Positions 49,338 through 59,554 of a stretch of 64,000 nucleotides of DNA are shown here, piece by piece. How positions within the stretch are numbered: the stretch's first letter is position 1; each line of letters starts with the position of its first letter. The stretch lies in contig CALSSE010000016.1 of assembly GCA_943788935.1 (NCBI GenBank), positions 1,759-65,758 of the forward strand, written 5' to 3'. The position numbers and the translations under genes were made by a program. The stretch comes from an uncultured bacterium. Its GTDB lineage: Bacteria; Myxococcota_A; Bradymonadia; UBA7976; VGTA01. A model generated the notes under the pieces. The model was not told the DNA's origin and ran no database searches. It saw only the letters and a list, made by a program, of their open reading frames with translations.

Positions 49338-50900
49338 ATGGGAACAGTCACATCCGAACAAGTCGCGATTCCACATCCTCCTTCTGAGAGGATTCAAGCG
49401 AGAATCAAACTCTATGAAGAGCTTGAAGGTGGTCAAGGTCGAGAAATCTTCTTCCGTCCTCAACGATATACTCCGGATCAGTTCGAGCCGCTGAACATAT
49501 GGGCAGAGCTTAACTTGAGTGGGATTCATTACCGCTGTGAGCTAAGGGATTTATCCCAAGGTGGGCTCGGAGTCGTTTGGCCTCTGCCCGTAATGCCTCA
49601 AATCGGTGATATGATCGATGAAATTACTGTCTGTTTTGATCATCAGTACGCCTATGTCGGTCAAGCAGTGGTGAGCGTGATGCGATCTGAAGAAGAAGGT
49701 CAGTTGGTCGGTCTCGACTTGCGAGATTCGCTGATCAAGGTGGACGCTCTCCTACAAACACGAGACCTTAAACGATTCCACCTGCGTGGTGAGGCGCCCT
49801 TCGGAGGTCGCTTTCAACCCTGGCAAGCAGAGGGTCATCACGAGTTTAAAGGGAGGGTGGCAGAGCTTAAGTTGTTCTTGGAAGACTGGGAGAATCACTT
49901 TGATCGTGTAGAGGCTCAGGCTTCATGGGACTTACTGCGCTTCGAAGAAGATCACCCAACGCGAAGAGCGTTGACGGAGCTCGTTCATCGGGACTTTATG
50001 GCTCCTTTCTTAGAGCAAACTGAACGAGTGTTTGAATCTCTTAGTGGTCTCTCTAAAGCTGAACAAGAGCCGCTGAAGGCTTACTCTCAGAGATACTTAG
50101 ACGCTTACTTCATGAAAGCACCATGGATGCACCGCGCGCGCACCAAGCCCCTCGGCTATCCTGGTGATTATGAGGTGATGAACCACATCTATGGAAGGAG
50201 GCTGCAAGGTCGAACATTGATCGGTCAAGCGATCAATTACGCTACGCTTCACTCTCCAGCTGCTCGAGCGGTGAGAAACCGGAAAGATATGCTCAAGTTT
50301 GAGATGAAGAGAGCCTGTGAGAGGTTAAGCGCTCAAGGTGACATAGAGACGCCAATCAAGATCCTCTCTGTGGCAGCGGGACCTGCTCAAGAGACTTTTG
50401 AATTGCTCTCTGAGATGAAGATGATTACCCGTCCAATAGATATTGTTCTCTTCGACCAAGACGCCGCTGCGCTTGCGTTTGCGTACGGTCGACTTAAGCG
50501 TTTAGTAGACGAGAGATGGCCAGAGCAAGTCCGATTAGTTTATCTACACGACTCGATTCGTCGTCTACTCGAAGACGCAGATATCTTTAGAGGTTTTGGT
50601 CCCTTTGATTCGGTCATCTGTAGCGGGCTCTATGATTACTTACGTCATACCACAGCGGTTAAGCTCACCTCTCACATGCACAATTATTGTGCAGTAAACG
50701 GCTCAGTATATATTGGAAACATGGTACCCAATAATCCGAGCCGATGGCTTATGGAGCATCATCTTGAGTGGGACTTACTCTATCGTGAGCACTCTGAGAT
50801 TATGCGTTTTGCCAATGAGGCAGCGCCCACTGCGAGACATGAGCTGCTCACTGAACCCTCAGGCGTTAACCCTTTTGTACGTATTACTCGACTAGAGTAG
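49338..50900 (+). CDS. PilZ-like domain + class I SAM-dependent methyltransferase, PhcB-like (3-hydroxy fatty acid methyl ester signal synthase family)
   Basis: GGAGG RBS before ATG 49338. LRDLSQGGLG (PilZ DxSxxG), RARTKPLGYPGDYEVMNHIY, ILSVAAGPAQE, LFDQD, FDSVICSGLYDYL, GNM, LEWDLLYR. Confidence 0.75.
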   Translation: MGTVTSEQVAIPHPPSERIQARIKLYEELEGGQGREIFFRPQRYTPDQFEPLNIWAELNLSGIHYRCELRDLSQGGLGVVWPLPVMPQIGDMIDEITVCFDHQYAYVGQAVVSVMRSEEEGQLVGLDLRDSLIKVDALLQTRDLKRFHLRGEAPFGGRFQPWQAEGHHEFKGRVAELKLFLEDWENHFDRVEAQASWDLLRFEEDHPTRRALTELVHRDFMAPFLEQTERVFESLSGLSKAEQEPLKAYSQRYLDAYFMKAPWMHRARTKPLGYPGDYEVMNHIYGRRLQGRTLIGQAINYATLHSPAARAVRNRKDMLKFEMKRACERLSAQGDIETPIKILSVAAGPAQETFELLSEMKMITRPIDIVLFDQDAAALAFAYGRLKRLVDERWPEQVRLVYLHDSIRRLLEDADIFRGFGPFDSVICSGLYDYLRHTTAVKLTSHMHNYCAVNGSVYIGNMVPNNPSRWLMEHHLEWDLLYREHSEIMRFANEAAPTARHELLTEPSGVNPFVRITRLE

Positions 50901-50966
50901 CGTCATAAATGGAGAAACTACTAGTTTAACCGAGCGGATTAAAGAGCGTAGTGACGAGGTGAGGTT

Positions 50967-52853
50967 ATGGAGACACTGAATACCCAATCGATCCTCGCGA
51001 CTAGCCCATGGGAGGTTGAGCTCTCCGAGGTTAATCGAAGAGGGGCTCGAGTCGCGATTTGGCTAGTCCTTATCCTCTATCCTTTATTTGGCTTACTTGA
51101 TTACTTAATTGCCCCAGCTCAATCCCTGCCCTATCTCTTTAGTGGAAGAGCGATGGTGATTATCATCTCTCTGATTATGCTCCGTAGTCTTAACAATGTA
51201 AGGCTTATGGAGAATATTGAAGTCATCAGCGCTCTCTATATGTTCTTAGTGGGGGCGGGGATCACGTTTATGATCTGCTTTATGGGAGGTTTATCTTCCC
51301 CCTATTATGCGGGGCTGAATTTGGTGATGCTCGGCTGTGGCTTACTGTTCGTCTGGCCTCCAAATATCTGTATTTTAACTCATGGGGCGACCTTCACGCT
51401 TTGGTTGCTGCCTAACCTGATTTTTGTGGAGGTCAGTGAGCCTCTAGCGGCGGTCTCGAATGGTTTATTCTTATTCGCGACAGCTTTTATAGTCTCTGCG
51501 GGGCAAATCTTTAATCATCAAAGGCTCTATCAGCAACATAGCACCCAAAGTGATCTCTCAGTCACTCAGCATAATCTCTATCGAGCTCATAAAAAACTGC
51601 AGCAGTTGGATTCTTTTAAGAGTCGATTCTTCGCTAATATCACCCATGAACTAAAGACCCCGCTCGCTCTGATACTCTCCTCAACAGAATTGTTACTCAG
51701 GGATGAATTCGGTTCGATCAGTACTAGCCAACGCTCTCCAGTAGAGCACATGCAGCGACATGGTGTTAAGCTACTAAAGTTAATCAACGACCTCTTGGAC
51801 CTCACAAAAATAGAGGAGTCTCGTCTCAACTTAAGAGTGGCAAACTCTGATATAAGCTCATGGGCATCAGGGCTCATTAAGGAAATTAAACCTCTGGCGG
51901 AGCGTAAGGGAGTCGAGGTGTCTTTTGAATCTCGACTGAGCGAATCGTTCCTTTATTTTGATGCTGAGAGGATGGAGAGAGTGTTGGTGAATCTGCTATC
52001 CAACGCGACCAAATTCACTGATTCTGGGGGGGGAATTAAGATATCGGTTTGGGGTGACGATCATAGGGTGCAACTCTCTGTGGCTGATACAGGTCGGGGA
52101 TTTACCCCCGAGCAGGGCGAGAAGATCTTTGATCGATTCTATCAAACAGATATGGGGTCCAACCGAAAGTATGGAGGGACAGGGATTGGTTTAGCGCTCT
52201 CTCAAGAGCTTGTTGAGCTTCATGGTGGTCAAATTTTTGCGACCGGTGAAGAGGGGGTAGGAGCCACTTTTACGATTTCGTTGCTAAGAGGAGTACACCA
52301 TTTTGACCAAGAGCGAGTCACAGTGAGTGAAGCAGGAGATCCTCGATCTACAGATCAGTGGAGTGAGCCGGTTAGCGATGATATTACCGAAGTCGTTAAT
52401 CTAAGCGCTGAGAGCGAGCTTCGATTTGTGGAGCTTGAGAATGCTTCTGAGCGGCGGGTAGTGGAGAGAGATCCTGATGAGAACCAACGTAAGGCAACAG
52501 TGTTAATCGCTGAAGATAACCCTGATATTACTCGATTACTACACTTAGGGCTACGGAGGCACTTTAAGGTAGTGACCGCTGATAATGGCAAGAAAGCGCT
52601 AGAGCTAATGTCTAGGTTCTCACCATCACTGGTGATCACGGATCTTATGATGCCTGAAATGGATGGTTCAGAGCTCACTCAGAGGATTAAAACTCATCAA
52701 GATTATGCCCATGTTCCTGTTTTGATGCTCAGCGCGAGGGACGGGATTGCAGAAGATATGGCCGAGGCGGGTTTTAGTGCTGATGCTTACATGGCTAAGC
52801 CTTTCTCTACACGAGAGCTCTGTAAGGTGGCTAAACGGATGGCTCTTAAGTGA
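50967..52853 (+). CDS. Membrane-bound hybrid sensor histidine kinase with C-terminal receiver domain (PhcS-like sensor)
   Basis: About 6 TM helices with SPYYAGLNLV. H-box NITHELKTPL, N-box NLLSNATKFT, DTGRG, GGTGIGL. Receiver motifs AEDN, TDLMMPEMDG, KPF. Confidence 0.92.
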   Translation: METLNTQSILATSPWEVELSEVNRRGARVAIWLVLILYPLFGLLDYLIAPAQSLPYLFSGRAMVIIISLIMLRSLNNVRLMENIEVISALYMFLVGAGITFMICFMGGLSSPYYAGLNLVMLGCGLLFVWPPNICILTHGATFTLWLLPNLIFVEVSEPLAAVSNGLFLFATAFIVSAGQIFNHQRLYQQHSTQSDLSVTQHNLYRAHKKLQQLDSFKSRFFANITHELKTPLALILSSTELLLRDEFGSISTSQRSPVEHMQRHGVKLLKLINDLLDLTKIEESRLNLRVANSDISSWASGLIKEIKPLAERKGVEVSFESRLSESFLYFDAERMERVLVNLLSNATKFTDSGGGIKISVWGDDHRVQLSVADTGRGFTPEQGEKIFDRFYQTDMGSNRKYGGTGIGLALSQELVELHGGQIFATGEEGVGATFTISLLRGVHHFDQERVTVSEAGDPRSTDQWSEPVSDDITEVVNLSAESELRFVELENASERRVVERDPDENQRKATVLIAEDNPDITRLLHLGLRRHFKVVTADNGKKALELMSRFSPSLVITDLMMPEMDGSELTQRIKTHQDYAHVPVLMLSARDGIAEDMAEAGFSADAYMAKPFSTRELCKVAKRMALK

Positions 52854-52931
52854 CAATGAATCGCTGATCGACTATGATCTTTCGGTTAATCCATCAGGTT
52901 TTAATGAGCAGAGTCATTGTGGAGCATTATT

Positions 52932-53987
52932 ATGAGAGAGCATCACATCCAAGGCAAGTATTGGGCTGTCACGGTAGAGGAGGAGTTTGGTCTAGACTCA
53001 CTCGTCATGAGAGAGCAAAGTCATGAGGCGATAAGAGCAGGAGAGGCGCGAGTTCAGCTCAGTCATTCAGCGCTCAATTATCGAGACCTAATGATGATTG
53101 AGGGGCGATATAATCCTCGCCAATCATTACCTCTCATCCCTTGCTCTGATGGTGTAGGCGTCGTTTCAGAGGTGACAGACTCTACTTCATGGAGTGTCGG
53201 AGACCGAGTGATCCCTATCTTTTCTCAGGATTGGCGAGATGGAGAGCCGAGCAGACGAGTCACCGAGAGCACTTTGGGAGGACCTCTCCCTGGTACTCTA
53301 AGGCAGAGCGCAGTCTTTACAACAGGAGGCCTAGTCGCTGTCCCTGACTATCTCACTGATGCAGAGGCTTCAACGATGGGCTGTGCCGCCCTGACCGCAT
53401 GGAGCGCACTCATCGAGCTAGGCAAGATCAAAGCAGGTGATCATGTTCTGTGTATCGGTACGGGAGGAGTGTCACTGTTTGCCGCTCAGATCGCAGCGAT
53501 GAGTGGTGCTCGGGTGACGCTTCTCTCCCGTTCTGAAGAGAAGCTCGCTCGGGTGTTGAGCCATCCTCATTTAAGCCCATACACATCATATATCACTCCG
53601 ATTTTTACCCCCGCTGATCAACCTTGGGGAAAGCGAGTGAGGGAAGAGCGAGGAGAGGTCGATCACGTGGTCGAAGTTGGTGGTGCGGGAACGCTCAGCC
53701 AATCGTTACGGGTCGTGAGAGCGGGAGGAGTGATCAGCTTGATCGGTGTTTTGTCTGGGGGTGGAGGAGAGCTTAATCTAACGCCGGTTCTTATGAGACA
53801 AGTGAGGATTCAGGGGGTAATCGTCGGGCATAAAGCCGGCTTAATGCGTATGCTTAAGGCCTTCTCGACTCATGAACTTCGTCCTGTATTAGACGAGAGG
53901 GCCTTTCATCTATCAGAAGCTAGACAAGCATTTGAATACCTCAAGGCAGCACAACATACCGGTAAAGTCGTTATTCAACACTCTTAA
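52932..53987 (+). CDS. NAD(P)-dependent medium-chain dehydrogenase/reductase (zinc-type ADH-like / quinone reductase)
   Basis: ALNYRDL, IPCSDGVG, CAALTAWSAL, GTGGVSLFA, VVEVGGAGTL, HTGKVVI. Confidence 0.9.
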   Translation: MREHHIQGKYWAVTVEEEFGLDSLVMREQSHEAIRAGEARVQLSHSALNYRDLMMIEGRYNPRQSLPLIPCSDGVGVVSEVTDSTSWSVGDRVIPIFSQDWRDGEPSRRVTESTLGGPLPGTLRQSAVFTTGGLVAVPDYLTDAEASTMGCAALTAWSALIELGKIKAGDHVLCIGTGGVSLFAAQIAAMSGARVTLLSRSEEKLARVLSHPHLSPYTSYITPIFTPADQPWGKRVREERGEVDHVVEVGGAGTLSQSLRVVRAGGVISLIGVLSGGGGELNLTPVLMRQVRIQGVIVGHKAGLMRMLKAFSTHELRPVLDERAFHLSEARQAFEYLKAAQHTGKVVIQHS

Positions 53988-54216
53988 TGATTCACTCCTT
54001 TTCAAGGTAAGAGGGCTTTAAACAACAATCTATTGGCGATCAAAGAGATAATATATTACATCTCTGATCGACATACAGTATATGGACGCTGAGTTGGCTA
54101 TGTAGTGTGAAGGCTCAATACACACCACAGTCGAGATTGATTAATGATCGACGGGTAGATACAGAGCGCAAGATAGACTGAGCTTTTACCAACGGCAGAG
54201 AGATAAGGCAGACAGC

Positions 54217-56016
54217 ATGAGCGAGAAAAAGATAAGAAACTTTGCGATCATCGCCCACATCGATCATGGGAAGTCAACCCTCGCAGATCGAATCCTAGGA
54301 CTCACCGGCGCGGTGAGTGAGCGTGAGCGGATGGATCAACAGTTAGACTCAATGGATCTCGAACGTGAGCGAGGGATCACCATCAAGTCACAAGCGGTTC
54401 GTTTGCCTTATGTAGCGGCCAATGGTGATCGTTATGAGTTCAATCTGATCGACACGCCTGGACACGTCGACTTCACATATGAAGTTTCTCGAAGTTTGGC
54501 GGCATGTGATGGCGCGATTTTAGTCGTTGACGCCTCACAGGGCGTCGAGGCTCAGACTCTCGCTAATGTCTATTTGGCACTCGATAATGATTTAGAGATC
54601 CTACCGGTACTCAATAAAATAGATCTCCCTGCCGCTGATACTGAGCGGGTGAGCGACGAAATAGAAGATATTATCGGTCTCGATGCGAGTGAAGCGGTTC
54701 ACATCTCGGCGAAGAGTGGTCTTGGAGTGGCTGATGTACTCGAGGCTATTGTCCGAAAACTGCCAGCACCTGAAGATAATCTTGATAAACCATTACGGGC
54801 GCTCCTGTTTGACTCTTGGTATGACACTTATCGAGGGGTGATCATCTTAATCCGCGTTGTCGATGGTGAGATCAAGAAGGGGAGTAAGATCTTTCTTAAA
54901 GGCGTGGGAGAGGCTTATGATGTCTTGGAAGTAGGTGCTTTTACACCGAAAGCGGTTCAGCTTGATACGCTCACCGCAGGAGATGTGGGCTTCGTGATCG
55001 CCAATATCAAAGAGGTGCGGCATGCGCAGGTTGGTGATACGATCGTTGACTATAAACTCAGAGAAGAATTAAACCCATTACCCGGGTTCAAGCCTATTAT
55101 TCCGGTGGTCTTCAGTGGTTTATTTCCTGTCATTTCATCTGATTATGATGATCTACGTGACGCTCTAGAGAAGCTGCGTCTCAATGATGCAGCCTTTCAG
55201 TTTGAGCCAGAGACTTCGGCAGCTTTAGGTTTTGGGTTCAGATGTGGATTCCTCGGCTTATTACACCTCGAGATTATTCAAGAGCGCCTGGAGAGAGAGT
55301 TCAATATGGACCTCATCACCACCGCGCCTACTGTCGTTTATAATGTTTACACTACTGAGGGCGGGTTCTTGAACGTCGATAACCCCTCACTGCTCCCCGA
55401 TCCAGCAGAGATTAAATACATCGATGAGCCGATCATTAAGGCGACCATTCATATCCCAGAGAAATTTTGCGGGCAGGTACTTAAGCTCTGTGAAGAGAGA
55501 CGCGGGAGTCAGATCGAGTTAAAATACGTTGGTCGTGATCGAATGATGGTCGTTTATCATCTCCCCCTCGCTGAGGTGGTCTTTGACTTCTTCGATAGAC
55601 TTAAGAGCGTCACCAGAGGCTATGGGAGTTTTGAGTATGAGGTTGATGGATATCAAACATCCAATCTCGTTAAACTCGATATTAAACTTAATGGTGATAA
55701 CGTAGACGCGCTCTCGATTATTGTTCACCGTGAGAAAGCCTATGAGAGAGGGAAGGTGCTCTGCGAGCGCTTGCGAAAGGTGATCGACCGACAACAGTTT
55801 GATGTCGCCATTCAATCAGCGATCGGTAATAAGATTATCTCTCGAGAGACGGTGAAAGCCCTCCGTAAAGACGTTACCGCTAAATGTTATGGCGGAGACA
55901 TCTCTCGTAAAAGAAAGTTACTCGAGAAGCAGAAGGCGGGTAAAAAGCGCATGAAGCAGGTCGGTAATGTCGAGGTCTCACAAGAAGCCTTCTTGGCCAT
56001 ACTAAAGGTGGATTAA
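54217..56016 (+). CDS. lepA: Elongation factor 4 (LepA)
   Basis: [64 protein letters not shown]. Confidence 0.99.
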   Translation: MSEKKIRNFAIIAHIDHGKSTLADRILGLTGAVSERERMDQQLDSMDLERERGITIKSQAVRLPYVAANGDRYEFNLIDTPGHVDFTYEVSRSLAACDGAILVVDASQGVEAQTLANVYLALDNDLEILPVLNKIDLPAADTERVSDEIEDIIGLDASEAVHISAKSGLGVADVLEAIVRKLPAPEDNLDKPLRALLFDSWYDTYRGVIILIRVVDGEIKKGSKIFLKGVGEAYDVLEVGAFTPKAVQLDTLTAGDVGFVIANIKEVRHAQVGDTIVDYKLREELNPLPGFKPIIPVVFSGLFPVISSDYDDLRDALEKLRLNDAAFQFEPETSAALGFGFRCGFLGLLHLEIIQERLEREFNMDLITTAPTVVYNVYTTEGGFLNVDNPSLLPDPAEIKYIDEPIIKATIHIPEKFCGQVLKLCEERRGSQIELKYVGRDRMMVVYHLPLAEVVFDFFDRLKSVTRGYGSFEYEVDGYQTSNLVKLDIKLNGDNVDALSIIVHREKAYERGKVLCERLRKVIDRQQFDVAIQSAIGNKIISRETVKALRKDVTAKCYGGDISRKRKLLEKQKAGKKRMKQVGNVEVSQEAFLAILKVD

Positions 56017-56019
56017 TAC

Positions 56020-56994
56020 GTGTCAAAGTCGGATAAACAAAGCGCAAGTCAGTCTAAAGAGGCGTCTCAGTCAGAGGAGCGTGAATCTAGAGAAGAGAAG
56101 GAACAAAGCGCTTCGATCTCAAGCGAAGATGAGCTCATCTATAAAGAGACCCCAGGAGAAGTATTTCGATCTTTTCTCACTGCGATCGGTCTCGCGATCT
56201 TACTGCGAATCTTTATTTTTGAGGCTTACACGATCCCTTCTGGCTCTATGATCCCTACTTTAGCGGTCGGTGATTATATATTTATCAACAAGCTCGCTTA
56301 TGGATTGTGGAACCCCTTCTCTGGTCGACAAGGAGTTAATTGGGGAGGCCCCACTCGGGGAGATGTGATCGTCTTTGACTATCCCTGTGATGAAAAAGAC
56401 TATATTAAGCGAGTCGTGGCGGTGTCAGGAGACACAGTAGAGGTCTCACCTGAGGGATTCCTTCGTCTTAATGGTCAGTGGGTGAGAGAAGAGAATAAGG
56501 GTCTCTTCGAGGAGTATATGCACTTTGAGCCGAGTGTTGACTATCGCTTAAATAAATACGATGTACAGTTACCCATTTCGGACTCAGCTTCGGTTTCTTT
56601 CTCGGTGCTTCATCGAGCGCCGTTTCTGGGTGCGGAGACCGCGAGTGAAGGTTCTTTTGATTGGAATCAACGCGCTCCCGTATATGGAGAGGTGAGCGCT
56701 AAACAGCAGCCTCATTACATCTGTCTAGAGCGAGGGAAGATGGTCTCGATCCCTCAATATTCTTTCCCTTGGAAGGTGCCTGAGGGCCACGTCTTCGTTA
56801 TGGGAGATAATCGAGACCACTCTTATGATTCTCGTTTTTGGGGCTTTGTGCCCATAGAGAACATAAAGGGGAGAGCGAGCTTCATTTGGCTCAGTATCCA
56901 TCATGAAAAGAGTCTATTTAACGGTAAGGTAAGGACAGAACGTCTCTTCGAAGGACTCAACCCTGAGGACGTTGAAGAGGAGGTGAATCAATGA
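56020..56994 (+). CDS. lepB: Signal peptidase I
   Basis: IPSGSMIPTL, RGDVIVF, YIKRVV, MGDNRDHSYDSRFWGFVP. Follows lepA. Confidence 0.95.
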   Translation: MSKSDKQSASQSKEASQSEERESREEKEQSASISSEDELIYKETPGEVFRSFLTAIGLAILLRIFIFEAYTIPSGSMIPTLAVGDYIFINKLAYGLWNPFSGRQGVNWGGPTRGDVIVFDYPCDEKDYIKRVVAVSGDTVEVSPEGFLRLNGQWVREENKGLFEEYMHFEPSVDYRLNKYDVQLPISDSASVSFSVLHRAPFLGAETASEGSFDWNQRAPVYGEVSAKQQPHYICLERGKMVSIPQYSFPWKVPEGHVFVMGDNRDHSYDSRFWGFVPIENIKGRASFIWLSIHHEKSLFNGKVRTERLFEGLNPEDVEEEVNQ

Positions 56995-58199
56995 GATTTC
57001 AGCTTTATAAACGCCCTCAACTACGTGGTATGAGACAGAGCAATATTGAATTGAGAGCTACCCAGCCTAATATTATGGGAGCGCTCTCTCTACCACTCGC
57101 TTTACTGTTAAGCTTATATACTGCTGTGGAGAGCTTTGCTGACCCGCTACCTCCCTCTCGACGCGTTTTCTCCGCGGACCTCGATCTTGATGGTTCAGAT
57201 GAGCTATTGATCGCTCATAACGCTCAGCTCAGCGCTTGGCGTTGGCTCAATAAAGACGAAGGTTGGACAAAGCTGTGGAAGATTGACGGTCCCGGAGTCG
57301 CTCAAAAGGTATTACGCTCTCCTCAATATCCATCTCTTCTTGTGGCGTGGGGTATGGGGAAGGGGAAGATGGTCGCCCCGATCACAGTGTCCAAAGTAGA
57401 CCCTCTCACCGGCCAAAATAAAGCGCTTTGGGAGTTTAAGGGAGGACGTTCACAGATCGTCTCCTTACAGTTACTTCAGGCTGATGAAGACCCTGACTTA
57501 GAGCTATTGGTCGCTCACTTTGTTAGTAAGTACCACACTCGAAGAGTCATACTTGATAAGCTCGAAGGAGCAAAGCCTGAAGAGCACCTCAGCAGCCAAA
57601 TACGTATGGCAACCTCTTGGTTGATCGCTGATATCGATGGTAAGCCTGGTCTAGAAGAGGTCATCGGTAGAGTCTACGGTGAAGAGAGAGGAGAATATGG
57701 AGATCTATCGGTTCACCCATTTACCCTAGACGCAGCAAAGCTATCTATCACTGAAGTCATCCCCACCGCACGAGGGGTCAAGGGAATCTACGCTTGGCCA
57801 TCGTTGTCTGCTAAAGAGAGTGGATCACAGCTCTTCTTCTCCGATGGTTGGGTCGCCGCCTATGGGAAGAGAGCTAAGGCAGGGTTAAAGCGACTGTTTT
57901 GGCGTGATGGACGGATTAATGTGGAGAGCTTAGCGAGCTCTCCGAAAGAATTTACTTTCTTTGACATGTGGCGGAGAGTTGACCCTGTAACATCGCTCCC
58001 ACTCCTCTTTGCTCAAGGGAACCAGGGCATCAACTTACTTAGTCCTCGATTGAGGGGACCATGGCGATCAGTACAGCTCCTCAAGACACCACCCATCGTG
58101 AACGCTGCGATCGCCTATAGCGGTTCTTCATGGTGGGCGTTTATTCCTTCGGAGAGCGGTACGCAAGCCAATCGGCTCTCTCTCCCACCTGCTCTTTAA
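56991..58199 (+). CDS. Hypothetical secreted protein with FG-GAP/VCBS-like motifs
   Basis: ADLDLDGSDELL, ADEDPDLELLV, ADIDGKPGLEEV. ATGA coupling to lepB. Confidence 0.6.
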   Translation: MRFQLYKRPQLRGMRQSNIELRATQPNIMGALSLPLALLLSLYTAVESFADPLPPSRRVFSADLDLDGSDELLIAHNAQLSAWRWLNKDEGWTKLWKIDGPGVAQKVLRSPQYPSLLVAWGMGKGKMVAPITVSKVDPLTGQNKALWEFKGGRSQIVSLQLLQADEDPDLELLVAHFVSKYHTRRVILDKLEGAKPEEHLSSQIRMATSWLIADIDGKPGLEEVIGRVYGEERGEYGDLSVHPFTLDAAKLSITEVIPTARGVKGIYAWPSLSAKESGSQLFFSDGWVAAYGKRAKAGLKRLFWRDGRINVESLASSPKEFTFFDMWRRVDPVTSLPLLFAQGNQGINLLSPRLRGPWRSVQLLKTPPIVNAAIAYSGSSWWAFIPSESGTQANRLSLPPAL

Positions 58200-58206
58200 C
58201 GTCGCT

Positions 58207-58692
58207 TTGAGTCTTCAAGAGTCTCTGGTGGTTGACCATAAGTATGACCTCAGTGATCAGCGCTCAGGCAGAGTGTTAGGGGTTGACTATGGTGAGCGCC
58301 GAATAGGGGTAGCGCTCAGCGACGAGAGACATATTTTCGCTCAAGCGCTTACTACTCTTCAGCGTCGACGGGGGGGAGATGAGTCAGCGGCCGAGCAGAT
58401 TAAAACCTTAGTTACTGAGCACAGCGTCACTCAAATCGTCATTGGGTGGCCCCTGCGGTTGAATGGTAAAGAGGGGATTCAGACCCAAAAGGTGGGCCGC
58501 TTCATAGAGTGTCTTCAGCCATTAGGTTTAATCATTCATAAGTGGGATGAGCGTCTCTCTACGGTGAGCGCAGAGCGAGCGCTAAGAGATAGCGGGGTCA
58601 AGGGAAGCTCTCGTCGAGCTGTCATTGACCAAGTCGCGGCAGCGGTGATATTACAGGCTTGGCTTGACGCGCAGAGCGCTATGCGGTCATGA
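58207..58692 (+). CDS. ruvX: YqgF/RuvX pre-16S rRNA nuclease / putative resolvase
   Basis: VLGVDYGERRIGVALSD, IVIGWP, WDERLST, IDQVAAAVILQAWLD. Confidence 0.93.
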   Translation: MSLQESLVVDHKYDLSDQRSGRVLGVDYGERRIGVALSDERHIFAQALTTLQRRRGGDESAAEQIKTLVTEHSVTQIVIGWPLRLNGKEGIQTQKVGRFIECLQPLGLIIHKWDERLSTVSAERALRDSGVKGSSRRAVIDQVAAAVILQAWLDAQSAMRS

Positions 58693-58729
58693 TCACGGTC
58701 AGCTAGAATCATTGATATGCGGAGAGAAT

Positions 58730-59371
58730 ATGAGCAACAAAAAGGACGCTGACCTCGACTCTGACCTCGACTCTGACCTTAATCCTCAGCCGACCACTGA
58801 GCTCGCCCCCGCTTCTTCAGAGATAGAGGGAGAAAGGGCAGAGAGGCCACCGCGGGTCGTGATTGAGTTTCAAGGGGTCTCGAAGCAAGTGATGGCTCAG
58901 GTTTGGGAACAGCTCAAGGAGGGGGGGATTCCAGAGGGGCCAGCTTACACGCTTGCACGATCCATGCTCGATCATCCGCACTGGGTAGCTTTTTATGAGA
59001 CGATAGGAATTTTTGAAACCGGAGAAGATCATTATCCAGGCGATGTAGACCCCTTTCTACATGTCAATCTTCACTTCTTGATCGGGTTACAAATCCTAAA
59101 CGCTTCTCCTCTCGGGGCCCAGAGCTTTTATATATACCGTGAAGAAGAGGGCGATCAACCACATGAAATCATCCACATCATGATGGAGGCCTTTCAGAGG
59201 CACTTAGTGTGGACCGCGCTTAATGCAGGCCCTGAGGGAAAATTCGATATGGCAGCTTATGAAGCGACTTTAAAAACTTTAGAAGCTCTACCGATCAGTG
59301 AAATTTGGGAACGACTCGATCATGATGAGAGGCCAACCCTCCATCCGGAGGCCTATGAGCAGCAATTTTAG
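58730..59371 (+). CDS. DUF1841-like protein
   Basis: MLDHPHW, DPFLHVNLH, HEIIHIMME, DMAAY. GGAG RBS before ATG 58730. Confidence 0.65.
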   Translation: MSNKKDADLDSDLDSDLNPQPTTELAPASSEIEGERAERPPRVVIEFQGVSKQVMAQVWEQLKEGGIPEGPAYTLARSMLDHPHWVAFYETIGIFETGEDHYPGDVDPFLHVNLHFLIGLQILNASPLGAQSFYIYREEEGDQPHEIIHIMMEAFQRHLVWTALNAGPEGKFDMAAYEATLKTLEALPISEIWERLDHDERPTLHPEAYEQQF

Positions 59372-59492
59372 TTTAAAATCGTTACTACCCACCAAGAGTG
59401 GCTGTCTCTTTCTCCTCTTGTTAGGTGTGATCACTAGTGGGCTCGCTTACGGTATTTTTTGGATCTTAATGAATATGCCTCAAGGTTCCTAG
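59355..59492 (+). CDS. Putative 45-aa single-pass membrane protein
   Basis: GGAGG 4 nt before ATG 59355. MSSNFSLKSLLPTKSGCLFLLLLGVITSGLAYGIFWILMNMPQGS. Fills the gap before uppP. Confidence 0.45.
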   Translation: MSSNFSLKSLLPTKSGCLFLLLLGVITSGLAYGIFWILMNMPQGS

Positions 59493-59554
59493 GTGCGCCT
59501 CTTCACTCTATCTCTATTCTCGGATAAAGCTCTACGGAGCATATAGGTTTGGCC

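Noticed and set aside
48847..53987. tRNA-anchored genomic island carrying the methyltransferase-kinase pair
   Set aside because: No integrase or duplicated tRNA 3' end was seen, there is no obvious composition shift, and the genes lie on the 5' side of the tRNA.
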